Shown here: positions 8,585-16,939 of the stretch, piece after piece
Position numbering within the stretch: position 1 is the stretch's first letter
Layout: every line of letters starts with the position of its first letter
Position numbers and translations under genes: made by a program
Notes under the pieces: generated by a model
The model's database searches: none
What the model saw: only the letters and a program-made list of their open reading frames with translations
Told to the model about the DNA's origin: nothing
Assembly (NCBI GenBank): GCA_964534375.1
Contig: CAZHPN010000072.1
Location: 1 to 26,835 of the forward strand
Length of the DNA: 26,835 nt
Direction: 5' to 3'
Source: an uncultured bacterium
GTDB taxonomy: Bacteria > Lernaellota > Lernaellaia > Lernaellales > Lernaellaceae

Positions 8585-9877
8585 ATGAAAAACACTCGAC
8601 TGGTCCTGGCATTTTTGCTTTTCGTCGTGATGGCGGCCGCCGTCGTCGCCGGTTGCGCGACGAGCAGCAGCAGCAGCAGTAAGGCCGATGACGACGTGAC
8701 TCCGTCGGACGACGACGACAACGACAACGACGACGACGCCTCGCCGGTCGACGACGATGCGAGCCCGGACGACGACGACAACGACAACGACGACAACGAC
8801 GATACGAGCCCGGTCGACGACGACAACGACGACAACGACGACAACGACGACGCGTCCCCCGCGGCCAGTTGCAATCTGGTGGCCCAGGACGTGGTCGGAA
8901 CCTGCAGCGTCGTGCTGAAAGACCTGCAGGGGAATCAGATCAATCAGTCGGGCGTGGACGACTGGTGCGGCTTGTGCGACGACTTGTTCGGCGGGGGGAC
9001 GACCGTGAGTTCCCCATTCTGGAACTGCATGAACGCCTGTGCGGTCGGCCAATCTTGCAATGCGGCGTGCTTCAACGGTTGCACCGCGCCGCCCGATCCC
9101 GGCGGGACGGGCTGCAATCACACGGTCTACGGGATCTATTCGTGCGGCGTCGTCTTCTCGTTCCTCGACACCTACTACATGGTGCCGGAAATGGACGAGG
9201 CGCTCGACTGCCCGAATGCGACGTCGATGCCGTGGCCCTGCTACCAGACGTGCGTGAACAACAACCCCTGCTCCAACCCGCCGACGAACGCTCAGGCCAA
9301 TGCGTTGATCGCCTGCATGAACAAGTGCCCGGCGGCCGACGATGACGACGACGACAACGACGACACGTCGCCGGCCGACGACGACGCCACTCCGATCGTC
9401 GGGTACGCCACCGGCGACACGATGCCGAACTTCATCGAGATGTCCAACAGCGGCGTCAACGTCTCGCTGAGCGATTACAAGGGCAAGGTCATTTTGCTTG
9501 ACTCGTCCGCCATGTGGTGCCCCGTCTGCAAAGCCGAGACGCCGGATCTGCAGTCGGAATTCTACGGGCCGTATCAAAACACCGGACCAGGTTTGATGGT
9601 GCTTCAACTGATCGGCGAGGACGTGGCCGGCAATACGCCGACCGTCGCCGAACTGGAAAACTGGGCGACGACTTACGGCTTGACGTTCCCGATCCTCGCC
9701 GATCCGGATTGGCGCGTGGGCGGCCCGATCGGCAACAACGAGATTCCGTTCTACTGGGTTCTCGACACGAACCTGAAGATTGTCGCGAAGTCGAGCGACG
9801 GCGGCAACGATTATCCGCTGTCGTACTTCCTGCCCATCGTGCAAGAGTTGCTGGGCGTGGACGACGACTCGCAATAA
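8585..9877 (+). CDS. Paralogous lipoprotein: Asp-rich linker, Cys-rich central domain, Asp-rich linker, TlpA/redoxin domain (WCPVC)
   Basis: RBS GAGGAG; lipobox VAGC; N- and C-terminal parts closely similar to 6975..8336, central part unrelated and Cys-rich. Confidence 0.88.
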   Translation: MKNTRLVLAFLLFVVMAAAVVAGCATSSSSSSKADDDVTPSDDDDNDNDDDASPVDDDASPDDDDNDNDDNDDTSPVDDDNDDNDDNDDASPAASCNLVAQDVVGTCSVVLKDLQGNQINQSGVDDWCGLCDDLFGGGTTVSSPFWNCMNACAVGQSCNAACFNGCTAPPDPGGTGCNHTVYGIYSCGVVFSFLDTYYMVPEMDEALDCPNATSMPWPCYQTCVNNNPCSNPPTNAQANALIACMNKCPAADDDDDDNDDTSPADDDATPIVGYATGDTMPNFIEMSNSGVNVSLSDYKGKVILLDSSAMWCPVCKAETPDLQSEFYGPYQNTGPGLMVLQLIGEDVAGNTPTVAELENWATTYGLTFPILADPDWRVGGPIGNNEIPFYWVLDTNLKIVAKSSDGGNDYPLSYFLPIVQELLGVDDDSQ

Positions 9878-9902
9878 ACGCCTCGATCTCGTAAAACGCC
9901 GG

Positions 9903-9930
9903 GGCGGGCCGAGCGGCCCGCCTTTTTTTT
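9903..9930 (+). terminator. Rho-independent terminator, hairpin identical to the one at 8371
   Basis: GGCGGGCCGAGCGGCCCGCC followed by T8. Confidence 0.88.
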
Positions 9931-10093
9931 CGCCCGCGCCGCGAAAGGCGCGGCCGGCCGCGGGGGGCGGTTCGCCGCGCGCTTGAAACGCGTCGCGCCG
10001 TATGCAATTATTTTTCAAACAGCATGCCGATCGACGGCTGTTGGGCGCATCGGGCGCCTTGGAGTCGAAATCACAAGAACAGGAGGGATCCCC

Positions 10094-10852
10094 ATGTGGC
10101 GTTTATATTGCGCGGTGTTGGCCGTGGCGGCGGCGTCGGCGACGGCCTTGATTCTGGCGGCTTGCGGCGCGGGCTATCAGAACAGCGCCAGCGGCGGCGG
10201 CGGCGGTTCGTGCATCAATTGCGACACCACGTCCGACTGCAGCCAGGCGATGGGACAGGGCTGGGCCTGCGAGGACGGCTGCTGCGAGCAAGTCTCGTCG
10301 TGCCAAGCGGTCTTTGACGAGGCATACCAAGATTGTTCGCTGACGGAGACCGATGAAAATGGAAATCCCATACCAGAATCCGAGGTCGTGCAAGAGTGCC
10401 AGAACAATGCCGACGACAACGGCCTCAGCGGCCCGTATGCCGCGTGCATCATTAATTATTGGGGTGATTGCGACGCCATGCAAACGTGTCTCGAAAATGT
10501 GCCGCCGAGCGACGATGACGACGACAACGATGACGACAATGACAATGACGACGACAACGACACCGCGGCGCCGACCTGCCAGAGCGTGTACGACCAGTTG
10601 TACACCGTGTGCAGCTTCCAGTTCCACGACGGCAGCGGCAATCCGATTCCGGAATCGACGATCGTCGCCGATTGCGAAGCCGGCAATTTGTGCTACGAGC
10701 TTACCGGCAGCATCGCCGAGTGCGTCACCAACAACTGGGCCAATTGCACGAACATCGAGGCCTGCATCGCCGGACACCTTCCCTGCGGCGACGACGACGA
10801 TAACGACGACAACGACGACAATGACGACAACGACGTGTCGCCGGGCGCCTAA
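10094..10852 (+). CDS. Cys-rich, Asp-rich lipoprotein with two internal repeats
   Basis: RBS AGGAGG; lipobox LAAC; two copies of C-x10-C-x5-D-x2-GNPIPES-x5-C separated by a DDDND tract. Confidence 0.8.
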   Translation: MWRLYCAVLAVAAASATALILAACGAGYQNSASGGGGGSCINCDTTSDCSQAMGQGWACEDGCCEQVSSCQAVFDEAYQDCSLTETDENGNPIPESEVVQECQNNADDNGLSGPYAACIINYWGDCDAMQTCLENVPPSDDDDDNDDDNDNDDDNDTAAPTCQSVYDQLYTVCSFQFHDGSGNPIPESTIVADCEAGNLCYELTGSIAECVTNNWANCTNIEACIAGHLPCGDDDDNDDNDDNDDNDVSPGA

Positions 10853-10913
10853 CGCGTAAACGCGGAGCCCTTTGCGGGGCGACTCGCGGGCGCCGCCGGC
10901 CAGACGCGGCCGG

Positions 10914-13808
10914 CTACGTGACGGCCGCCGCCGGCGCCGAAGGGCGGTTCGTCGGCCGCCGGATGACAATGGTGAAGGTGAAGGTCGAGCCGCGGCCTTC
11001 GCCAGCGCTCTCGACCCACAGGCGGCCGCCGTGCAATTGCACCAGCCGCGCGGTCAACGCCAGGCCCAGACCCGCGCCCTCGCGAACGCGCGTGTAGGGG
11101 TTCTCGAGGCGCTCGAACGGCTGGAAGATGCGCTCCTGCTCCTCCGGCTTGATGCCGATTCCCGTATCCCGTACGTGGACGAACAGCAGTTCGCCCTCGC
11201 GTCGCGCCCCGAGAAATATGGCGCCGCCGTCCGGGGTGAATTTGACGGCGTTCGACAAGATATTGAACAGAATTTGCTTCAGTTTGCGTTCGTCGGCCTC
11301 GATCGTCAGGCCGCAGAGCTCGGCCGGGACGTCGACCGCGATGTCGATGCGGTGATGCAGCGCCAATTCGCGGACGACCGCCAGCCCGCTTTCGATCACG
11401 TCGCCGAGTTTCACCGCGCCGAGGTCCAGCGCCATTTTGCCCGCTTCGACTTTCGACAAATCGAGGATGTCGCCGATCAGGTCGAGCAGATGCCGGCCGC
11501 TGACGTGGATCGCAGCGACATAGCGGCCCTGTCGCTCGGTCAACTCACCCGACAATTTCTCCTGCAAAAGTTCGGAAAAGCCAAGGATCGCGCTCAGCGG
11601 CGTGCGCAGTTCGTGGCTCATGTTCGCCAGAAAATCGCTCTTCGCGCGATTGGCGGTTTCCGCCCTGTCTTTCGCGGCGATGACCTCCGCCTCCATCCGC
11701 TTGCGCTCGGTAACGTCGCGCGTCGTGCCCAGGACGCCGATCGGCCGCAATTGCTCGTCGCGCAGGAAGGTCACGACCGCCTCGGTCCAGACGGTCGAAC
11801 CGTCTTTCCGATACTGCTCGACCTCGATCGTGCGCGAGCGGAACGGGTCGACGCCCGGCTGGCCGTCGCGTTGGAACTCCTCGGCGAACATCGCCATCGC
11901 GCGCGCCAGCGACGACGGCGGCAGTGTTTGGTCAAACGGCAAGGCCATCGCCTCCTCGGCCGTGTAGCCGCGAATCCGCTCCACCGACGGGCTCATGAAC
12001 GTAAAGTGGAAATTCAGGTCCATCGTCCAGATCGCGTCTTGCAGGTTGTCGGCCAGCAAGCGGTAACGCCGTTCGCTGTCGGCCAGCCGCTCCTCGGCGT
12101 GCTTGCGATCCGTAATGTCGCGAATCGATTCGATCGCGCCGACGATCTCGCCGCCCGCCCCGCGCAACGGCGCCGCCCGGCCATATAGATACACCGTGCC
12201 GCCGCGCAGGCCCGGCATGTACGCCTCGCCCGCGACCACGTCGCCGGCGCGCGAAATGTCGAAATACCGGCTTTCGATTTCCACGTCCGGCCGAAGCGCG
12301 AGGTCGATCAGAATCGGCCGCCGCTCGCCGTAGAACGGCACGGCGTAATCGTAACCCTTCTTGCCCAGCATCTCGGCGGCCTGGATGCCGGTGACCGTTT
12401 CGATGGCGCGGTTCCAGGCGATGACCGCGCCATCGGTGTCGACGACCAGAGTTGCATCGGGTAAGAAATCGATGATGTCCGCAAGCCGGCGTTCGGAGTC
12501 GCGCAGGGCGCGGACGGTTTCTTCGCGGCGACCCATTTCCCGGTCGAGCGTTTCGATCGTGCGTTTAAGGTCGGCGGTGCGGGCCGCCACGGTCTCGGCC
12601 ATTTCCTGCGCATGCCGGTCGTGCATCGAGCGCACGCGATCGCCCAGGGCGAACGAGAGCAGCAGGCCGCTGACGCCGAAACCGAAATGGAAGGTGTTGA
12701 GCGTGAGCACGTTCGGTTCGACGACGCCGAACATCACCAACGTGAAAACGAGGCCGCCGGCGGTGAACAACGCCCAGGCCAGCAACAGGTGCCGCGCCGG
12801 TCGGAAGCCGCGCAGCCAACAGAGGATCGCGGCGATCACGATGGCGACAAACGACACGAAGACGTCCGCGGTCGCCAGATAATCCGTCGCGCGCATGTCG
12901 ATAAACGTCCCGAGCAACACCGCCACGGCCAGCGCCATCAGGACGCGGAAGACCGTGTCCATCCGGGGCGCGTGCACTGCGACGTCGAGAAAACGGCGCG
13001 TGAACGCCACGCCGTAAAAGATCGCCGCGCCGCCGAAAAAGAGCGTCGAACGCAGCGCCCAATACGGATGCTCGGGCCAGAGATGCACCGCGGCGAAACC
13101 GCTCAGGCACGCCTGGTACGCGCCGAATCCCATGACGAACAACGCGTAATAAAGGTAGCTGCGTTCCTGAAACGCCGAGTACAGCAACAAGTTGTAAACG
13201 ATGAGCGCGCCGATCAGGCCCAGATAAATGCCGAGCGCCAGTTGCGTTTCGTTGTCGGCGCGCAAGAGCGCCCGCGCATCCCACAGCGCCAAATCGAAGG
13301 CCATCACCCCGGCCGTCTCGAAACGCAGGTAAATCACAAGCGGCGTCTTCGGCTCCAGCGTCGCGGGAAATATTTGGCGCCGATCGCGGGCCGAGCGTTG
13401 CGACACGGGCACGCCCTGCCCGCTGCGCAAGTGCACGAAGCGGTCGCCGTCGCCGCTCGCGTAGAAATCGACGACGGCCATTTGCGGATTGGCGCCGACC
13501 AACACCGCGTCCAGCGGCTGCGCGCTGTCGTTCCGCACGGCGAACCGCACCCAATAGGCGGAATACGTGATGCCGTAGCTGGGAATGAACTTCCGAACGC
13601 GCCGGAACCGCTCGGCGTAAGCGCCGTGGGAAACGTCGTCGAAGGTCAACGCGCGGCTCGGATCTTCCAGCACTTCGAGAAAAAGGCCGAGCGGCGCGGA
13701 ATCGCGCAGTTCGTTGAGCGCCAGCACCCGCGGCTCCGCCCGCGCGCGGGCCGGCAGCGCCAGGCAAAGCGCCAGCAGAAGAAATACACATCCGCGGCGT
13801 GCGCTCAT
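10914..13808 (-). CDS. Membrane sensor histidine kinase: 7TM-DISM extracellular domain, 7TM region, two PAS/PAC, HisKA, HATPase
   Basis: Signal peptide MSARRGCVFLLL; LEDPSRALTF and YWVRF DISMED2-like motifs; seven hydrophobic segments; two PAC ends (RDITDRK, RDVTERK); FLANMSHELRTPL, NILSNAVKFT, DTGIGI, GAGLGL. Confidence 0.93.
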   Translation of the reverse strand: MSARRGCVFLLLALCLALPARARAEPRVLALNELRDSAPLGLFLEVLEDPSRALTFDDVSHGAYAERFRRVRKFIPSYGITYSAYWVRFAVRNDSAQPLDAVLVGANPQMAVVDFYASGDGDRFVHLRSGQGVPVSQRSARDRRQIFPATLEPKTPLVIYLRFETAGVMAFDLALWDARALLRADNETQLALGIYLGLIGALIVYNLLLYSAFQERSYLYYALFVMGFGAYQACLSGFAAVHLWPEHPYWALRSTLFFGGAAIFYGVAFTRRFLDVAVHAPRMDTVFRVLMALAVAVLLGTFIDMRATDYLATADVFVSFVAIVIAAILCWLRGFRPARHLLLAWALFTAGGLVFTLVMFGVVEPNVLTLNTFHFGFGVSGLLLSFALGDRVRSMHDRHAQEMAETVAARTADLKRTIETLDREMGRREETVRALRDSERRLADIIDFLPDATLVVDTDGAVIAWNRAIETVTGIQAAEMLGKKGYDYAVPFYGERRPILIDLALRPDVEIESRYFDISRAGDVVAGEAYMPGLRGGTVYLYGRAAPLRGAGGEIVGAIESIRDITDRKHAEERLADSERRYRLLADNLQDAIWTMDLNFHFTFMSPSVERIRGYTAEEAMALPFDQTLPPSSLARAMAMFAEEFQRDGQPGVDPFRSRTIEVEQYRKDGSTVWTEAVVTFLRDEQLRPIGVLGTTRDVTERKRMEAEVIAAKDRAETANRAKSDFLANMSHELRTPLSAILGFSELLQEKLSGELTERQGRYVAAIHVSGRHLLDLIGDILDLSKVEAGKMALDLGAVKLGDVIESGLAVVRELALHHRIDIAVDVPAELCGLTIEADERKLKQILFNILSNAVKFTPDGGAIFLGARREGELLFVHVRDTGIGIKPEEQERIFQPFERLENPYTRVREGAGLGLALTARLVQLHGGRLWVESAGEGRGSTFTFTIVIRRPTNRPSAPAAAVT

Positions 13809-13869
13809 CGATTGCACTCCCACAGAGAATCTCAGGCTGACGAAATGCCGGTTGCTTTTTTTCGCCGCG

Positions 13870-13899
13870 ATTATACGGACAGTGGGGTGTTTTGCGCAA
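13870..13899 (-). promoter_or_regulatory. Putative sigma70 promoter of the histidine kinase
   Basis: Minus strand TTGCGC-N18-TATAAT, about 60 nt upstream of ATG 13808. Confidence 0.55.
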
Positions 13900-13942
13900 T
13901 CCGGTTCGGGCCGAGAGCACGCGAATTCCGTCGCGGTCGCCG

Positions 13943-14302
13943 CTATGTCTTGGCGGGTCGCGAAGCCAGGTGAATGCCGACGCCGATGCCGGCGCCGAGC
14001 GCCCAACGGAAGATCAGGAACAACGCCGCATCGCCGAGCAGGCCGACGAACAACTGCTGATTCAAGGTGTAGGGCGTCGCCGCAAACATATTGAAGACGT
14101 GGCCGGTGATGAACGGCACGCCGTGTTTTTCGATCATCACGACGACGTTGACCAAGCCGATCAGGACGCCGGCGATCCACCACGACCGCGCGCGGGCCTG
14201 TTCTTTCTTGAACAGCCCGGCGACGAGGCCAACGACGAGCGGCATGACGTACGCGAAGACGACGACCTTCACGACCGCAAGAATGTGATATTTCATAAAC
14301 AT
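13943..14302 (-). CDS. Hypothetical membrane protein (about 3 TM, 119 aa)
   Basis: Hydrophobic segments from MFMKYHILAVV; starts 11 nt after the lipB stop; alternative start at 14296. Confidence 0.65.
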   Translation of the reverse strand: MFMKYHILAVVKVVVFAYVMPLVVGLVAGLFKKEQARARSWWIAGVLIGLVNVVVMIEKHGVPFITGHVFNMFAATPYTLNQQLFVGLLGDAALFLIFRWALGAGIGVGIHLASRPAKT

Positions 14303-14313
14303 GGCGGCAGCCC

Positions 14314-14985
14314 CTACACCATCGACTCGATGTCGACAAACACCTCTTCGACCGTGTCCGCGAAAATCGCTCCGGCGGCGGTGACAAATCGCCAGTACAC
14401 GTCGTACATCGAAAAAGGCCGGTTCGTCTCTTCTTCCATCGAGGTGATTTTGCGGCCGACCTTGCCGCAGGGAATGATGTAATCGAATGGTTTCAGATCG
14501 CGTCCGACATTCAGGCCAAAGCCGTGCATCGTCACGTTCTTTTGCACGCCGAAGCCGAGGAAGGCGATCTTTTTGTCGTCGACGACCACGCCGGGATCGC
14601 TTTCGTTGTAGCTCGCGTCGATGCCGTACGAATCGAGCACCGCGATGATCGCTTCGGCCGTCTTCTCGACAAATACGCGCGTTTTCAAGTTGCGCCGTTT
14701 CAGATCGAAAATCAGATACCCGACCAGTTGATCCGGCCCGTGATATGTGGTCTTGCCGCCGCGATCGATGTCGATGATCGGAATGTGCTCCGCCTCGAAG
14801 CGCTCGCGCGGCTCCAGCAGGCCGTCCTCGCCGCGGTCCGACACGCCGCGCGTCACCACCGGCGGGTGCGACAACAGCAGCAGGTAATCGACCGGCGCCC
14901 CGCCCTGCACCTGCTCGCGCAGTTCGGTTTGCAGCGCCAGCGCGCGCGGATACGGCGTCAACCCGAGATAGCTCCATTTGATCAT
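14314..14985 (-). CDS. lipB: Lipoyl(octanoyl) transferase
   Basis: HPPVVTRG, DRGGKTTYHGPDQLVGY, KKIAFLG, HGFGLNV, IIPCG; ATG overlaps the upstream stop (ATGA). Confidence 0.93.
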   Translation of the reverse strand: MIKWSYLGLTPYPRALALQTELREQVQGGAPVDYLLLLSHPPVVTRGVSDRGEDGLLEPRERFEAEHIPIIDIDRGGKTTYHGPDQLVGYLIFDLKRRNLKTRVFVEKTAEAIIAVLDSYGIDASYNESDPGVVVDDKKIAFLGFGVQKNVTMHGFGLNVGRDLKPFDYIIPCGKVGRKITSMEEETNRPFSMYDVYWRFVTAAGAIFADTVEEVFVDIESMV

Positions 14986-15728
14986 GACGGTTTGTACGCG
15001 CCTTTCAACGACAGCCACCGGATTTTCAGCACCTCGAGAAACATCCGCGTCGAATCGCGCAGCGCGCTGACGCGGCTGCTGGGCGAATCGATCCACTGCA
15101 CCGGAACTTCCACCGCCAGCAGCCCGTACAGTTGGGCGATGTACAAAAGTTCCACGTCAAAACCGAAGCCGGTCAATTGCTGCCGGCGGAAAATCAAATC
15201 GACGGCCCCGGCGCGAAACGCTTTGAAGCCGCATTGCGTGTCGTGAAAACCGGAGACGGTCAACAGGCGGACGAGGCCGTTGAAAACCCGGCCCATCAGC
15301 CGGCGATGCCACGGCTGGCGCTGCACGATGTCCGCGCCGGGCACGGCCCGCGAGCCGAGGCAAATGGCGACCAGGCCCTTCGCGAAATGCGGCCAGAATT
15401 TCTCGACCTGGTCGATGGGCGTCGAGCCGTCGGCGTCGTAAAAAAGCCGGATCTGGCCGGCGGCGTGCAGCATGCCGTGGCGAACGGCGAAGCCTTTGCC
15501 GCGATTGGCGCCGTAGGACAACACTTGCAAATTCAGCGGGGCGGCGGCGTGTTCGCGCGCGACTTGCGCCGTGCTATCGACGCTGCCGTCGTCGATCACC
15601 AGCACCTCGACGGCGTAATCGACCCGCGCAAAATAGGCGGCGAGCTTGTCCAACGTCGCGCCAAGGCGCGTTTCTTCGTTGTAGGCCGGGATGATCACCG
15701 ACAACCGCGGCGGGGCTGGAGCATCCAT
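14982..15728 (-). CDS. GT2 glycosyltransferase, dolichyl/polyprenyl-phosphate glucosyltransferase-like
   Basis: LSVIIPAYNEE, IDDGSVD, NRGKGFAV, DADG, DTQCGFK, FGFDVELL. Confidence 0.92.
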   Translation of the reverse strand: MDAPAPPRLSVIIPAYNEETRLGATLDKLAAYFARVDYAVEVLVIDDGSVDSTAQVAREHAAAPLNLQVLSYGANRGKGFAVRHGMLHAAGQIRLFYDADGSTPIDQVEKFWPHFAKGLVAICLGSRAVPGADIVQRQPWHRRLMGRVFNGLVRLLTVSGFHDTQCGFKAFRAGAVDLIFRRQQLTGFGFDVELLYIAQLYGLLAVEVPVQWIDSPSSRVSALRDSTRMFLEVLKIRWLSLKGAYKPS

Positions 15729-15760
15729 CGTGTTCTCGCTTTGCGCAAATGACGATGCGC

Positions 15761-15769
15761 ATTCTAGCA
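15761..15769 (-). promoter_or_regulatory. Extended -10 promoter element for the GT2-lipB operon
   Basis: Minus strand TGC-TAGAAT, 32 nt upstream of ATG 15728. Confidence 0.45.
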
Positions 15770-15815
15770 AAAATGCCGGCCCGGGATAGCGGCCGGCGCG
15801 CAAATTTTTGCCGCC

Positions 15816-16520
15816 CTAGAAAACGCCGCCGTACGAGTTCGGACACGCCGCGCAGCGGGGCGCCCGTTTGCGGCAAAAATCCTTGCCCAGGTACACGATC
15901 TGCGCGTGAAATTCTTGGTAGAACGCCACGTCCGGCGGAAAGCGCCGCTGAAACAGCGCTTGCAGATCGTCGTAATCGATGTCCTCGCGCGCCAGGCCCA
16001 TGCGGTGCACGATGCGCCGCGTGTATGCGTCCACCACGAACATCGGCAACTCCGCCGCGTACAAGACCATCGAATCCGCCGTCTCGGGGCCGATGCCGTT
16101 GAGCGCCAGCAATTCCGCGCGCAGCACCGCCGGGTCCTGCGCCAGCAGATGCTCCAGCCGGCCGCCGTGCGCTGCGAAAATGTGCGTGCAAAACGCCTTC
16201 AGTTTCTTCGCCTTCTGGTTGTAGTAACCGGAGGGGCGAATCGCCTCGGCCAGGGCCGGCAGCGGCGCGCGGTGGATCGCCCGCGGCGTCAGCCAGCGTT
16301 TGGCGCGCAAGGCCGCAATCGCCTTGTCGACGTTGGTCCACGCCGTGTTCTGCGTCAAAATCGCGCCGACGCAGACCTCGAACGGAGTGTCGCCCGGCCA
16401 CCAGTGCAACGGCCCGAAATGCGCGTAGGCCCGCGCATACAGCCGTTTCAGACGCCGCCGCGTTTCACTGGCGCAGTGCGTCGAGGTCGTCGATGTCGGG
16501 GAAGGATTGCAGCCAAACAT
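15816..16520 (-). CDS. Endonuclease III-like HhH-GPD DNA glycosylase domain protein (start uncertain)
   Basis: HWWPGDTPFEVCVGAILTQNTAW, IRPSGYYNQKA, HhH LLALNGIGPETADS, FVVDAY, C-terminal CRKRAPRCAAC. Confidence 0.88.
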   Translation of the reverse strand: MFGCNPSPTSTTSTHCASETRRRLKRLYARAYAHFGPLHWWPGDTPFEVCVGAILTQNTAWTNVDKAIAALRAKRWLTPRAIHRAPLPALAEAIRPSGYYNQKAKKLKAFCTHIFAAHGGRLEHLLAQDPAVLRAELLALNGIGPETADSMVLYAAELPMFVVDAYTRRIVHRMGLAREDIDYDDLQALFQRRFPPDVAFYQEFHAQIVYLGKDFCRKRAPRCAACPNSYGGVF

Positions 16521-16731
16521 CTTTCATTCCGGGGCGGCGAAAACAATCGACGCACAAGTGCACGTTGTCGACGTCGGAGAGTTGCAGGTACGAGTGCGCG
16601 TGCCCGTCCTCGGTCTGCGTATGCACCCGCCGCGTCTTGCCGGTGTGCAGCCGAAAGCCGTCGATGCGATAGGCCTCGGGCCGATGGACGGTCTCCGAAA
16701 TCTCGCGTTGGCAGCGCAGGCACCGCGGCAT
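16465..16731 (-). CDS. Small hypothetical protein with two CxxC motifs (possible Zn-binding)
   Basis: CLRC near the N-terminus and CVDC near the C-terminus; AAGGGG RBS; lies between hypB and the glycosylase. Confidence 0.65.
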   Translation of the reverse strand: MPRCLRCQREISETVHRPEAYRIDGFRLHTGKTRRVHTQTEDGHAHSYLQLSDVDNVHLCVDCFRRPGMKDVWLQSFPDIDDLDALRQ

Positions 16732-16774
16732 CGAGGCCCCTTTAAAGTTCGCTCACTATACGGCGAAACAAAGT

Positions 16775-16939
16775 AACAGTGAACAGCGAGCACTGAGCAG
16801 TGAGCAGTGAACAGTTGTGCGCGCAAGTCAGTTGGGCTTCGCGCGGACCTGTTGCTGGAACATTCGGGCAAATTCTTGGACGGGAGTACGCTTCCACCAC
16901 TGTTCACTGTTCCCTGCTCGCTGCTCCCTGTTCACTGTT
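16775..16939. repeat. Inverted pair of six-unit heptamer arrays with an 81-nt spacer
   Basis: Left 16775-16816 AACAGTG AACAGCG AGCACTG AGCAGTG AGCAGTG AACAGTT; right 16898-16939 CACTGTT CACTGTT CCCTGCT CGCTGCT CCCTGTT CACTGTT; 36/42 complementary; contains the hypB TGA. Confidence 0.9.

Noticed and set aside
6929..10969. Long minus-strand ORFs rich in Val or Ser (e.g. 8204..10018, 10103..10969, 7491..8279)
   Set aside because: Antisense shadows of GAC/AAC Asp-tract codons in the real plus-strand lipoproteins
13809..14387. 193-aa N-terminal extension of the histidine kinase ORF
   Set aside because: Overlaps lipB and the membrane protein in other frames; a signal peptide and promoter support the 13808 start
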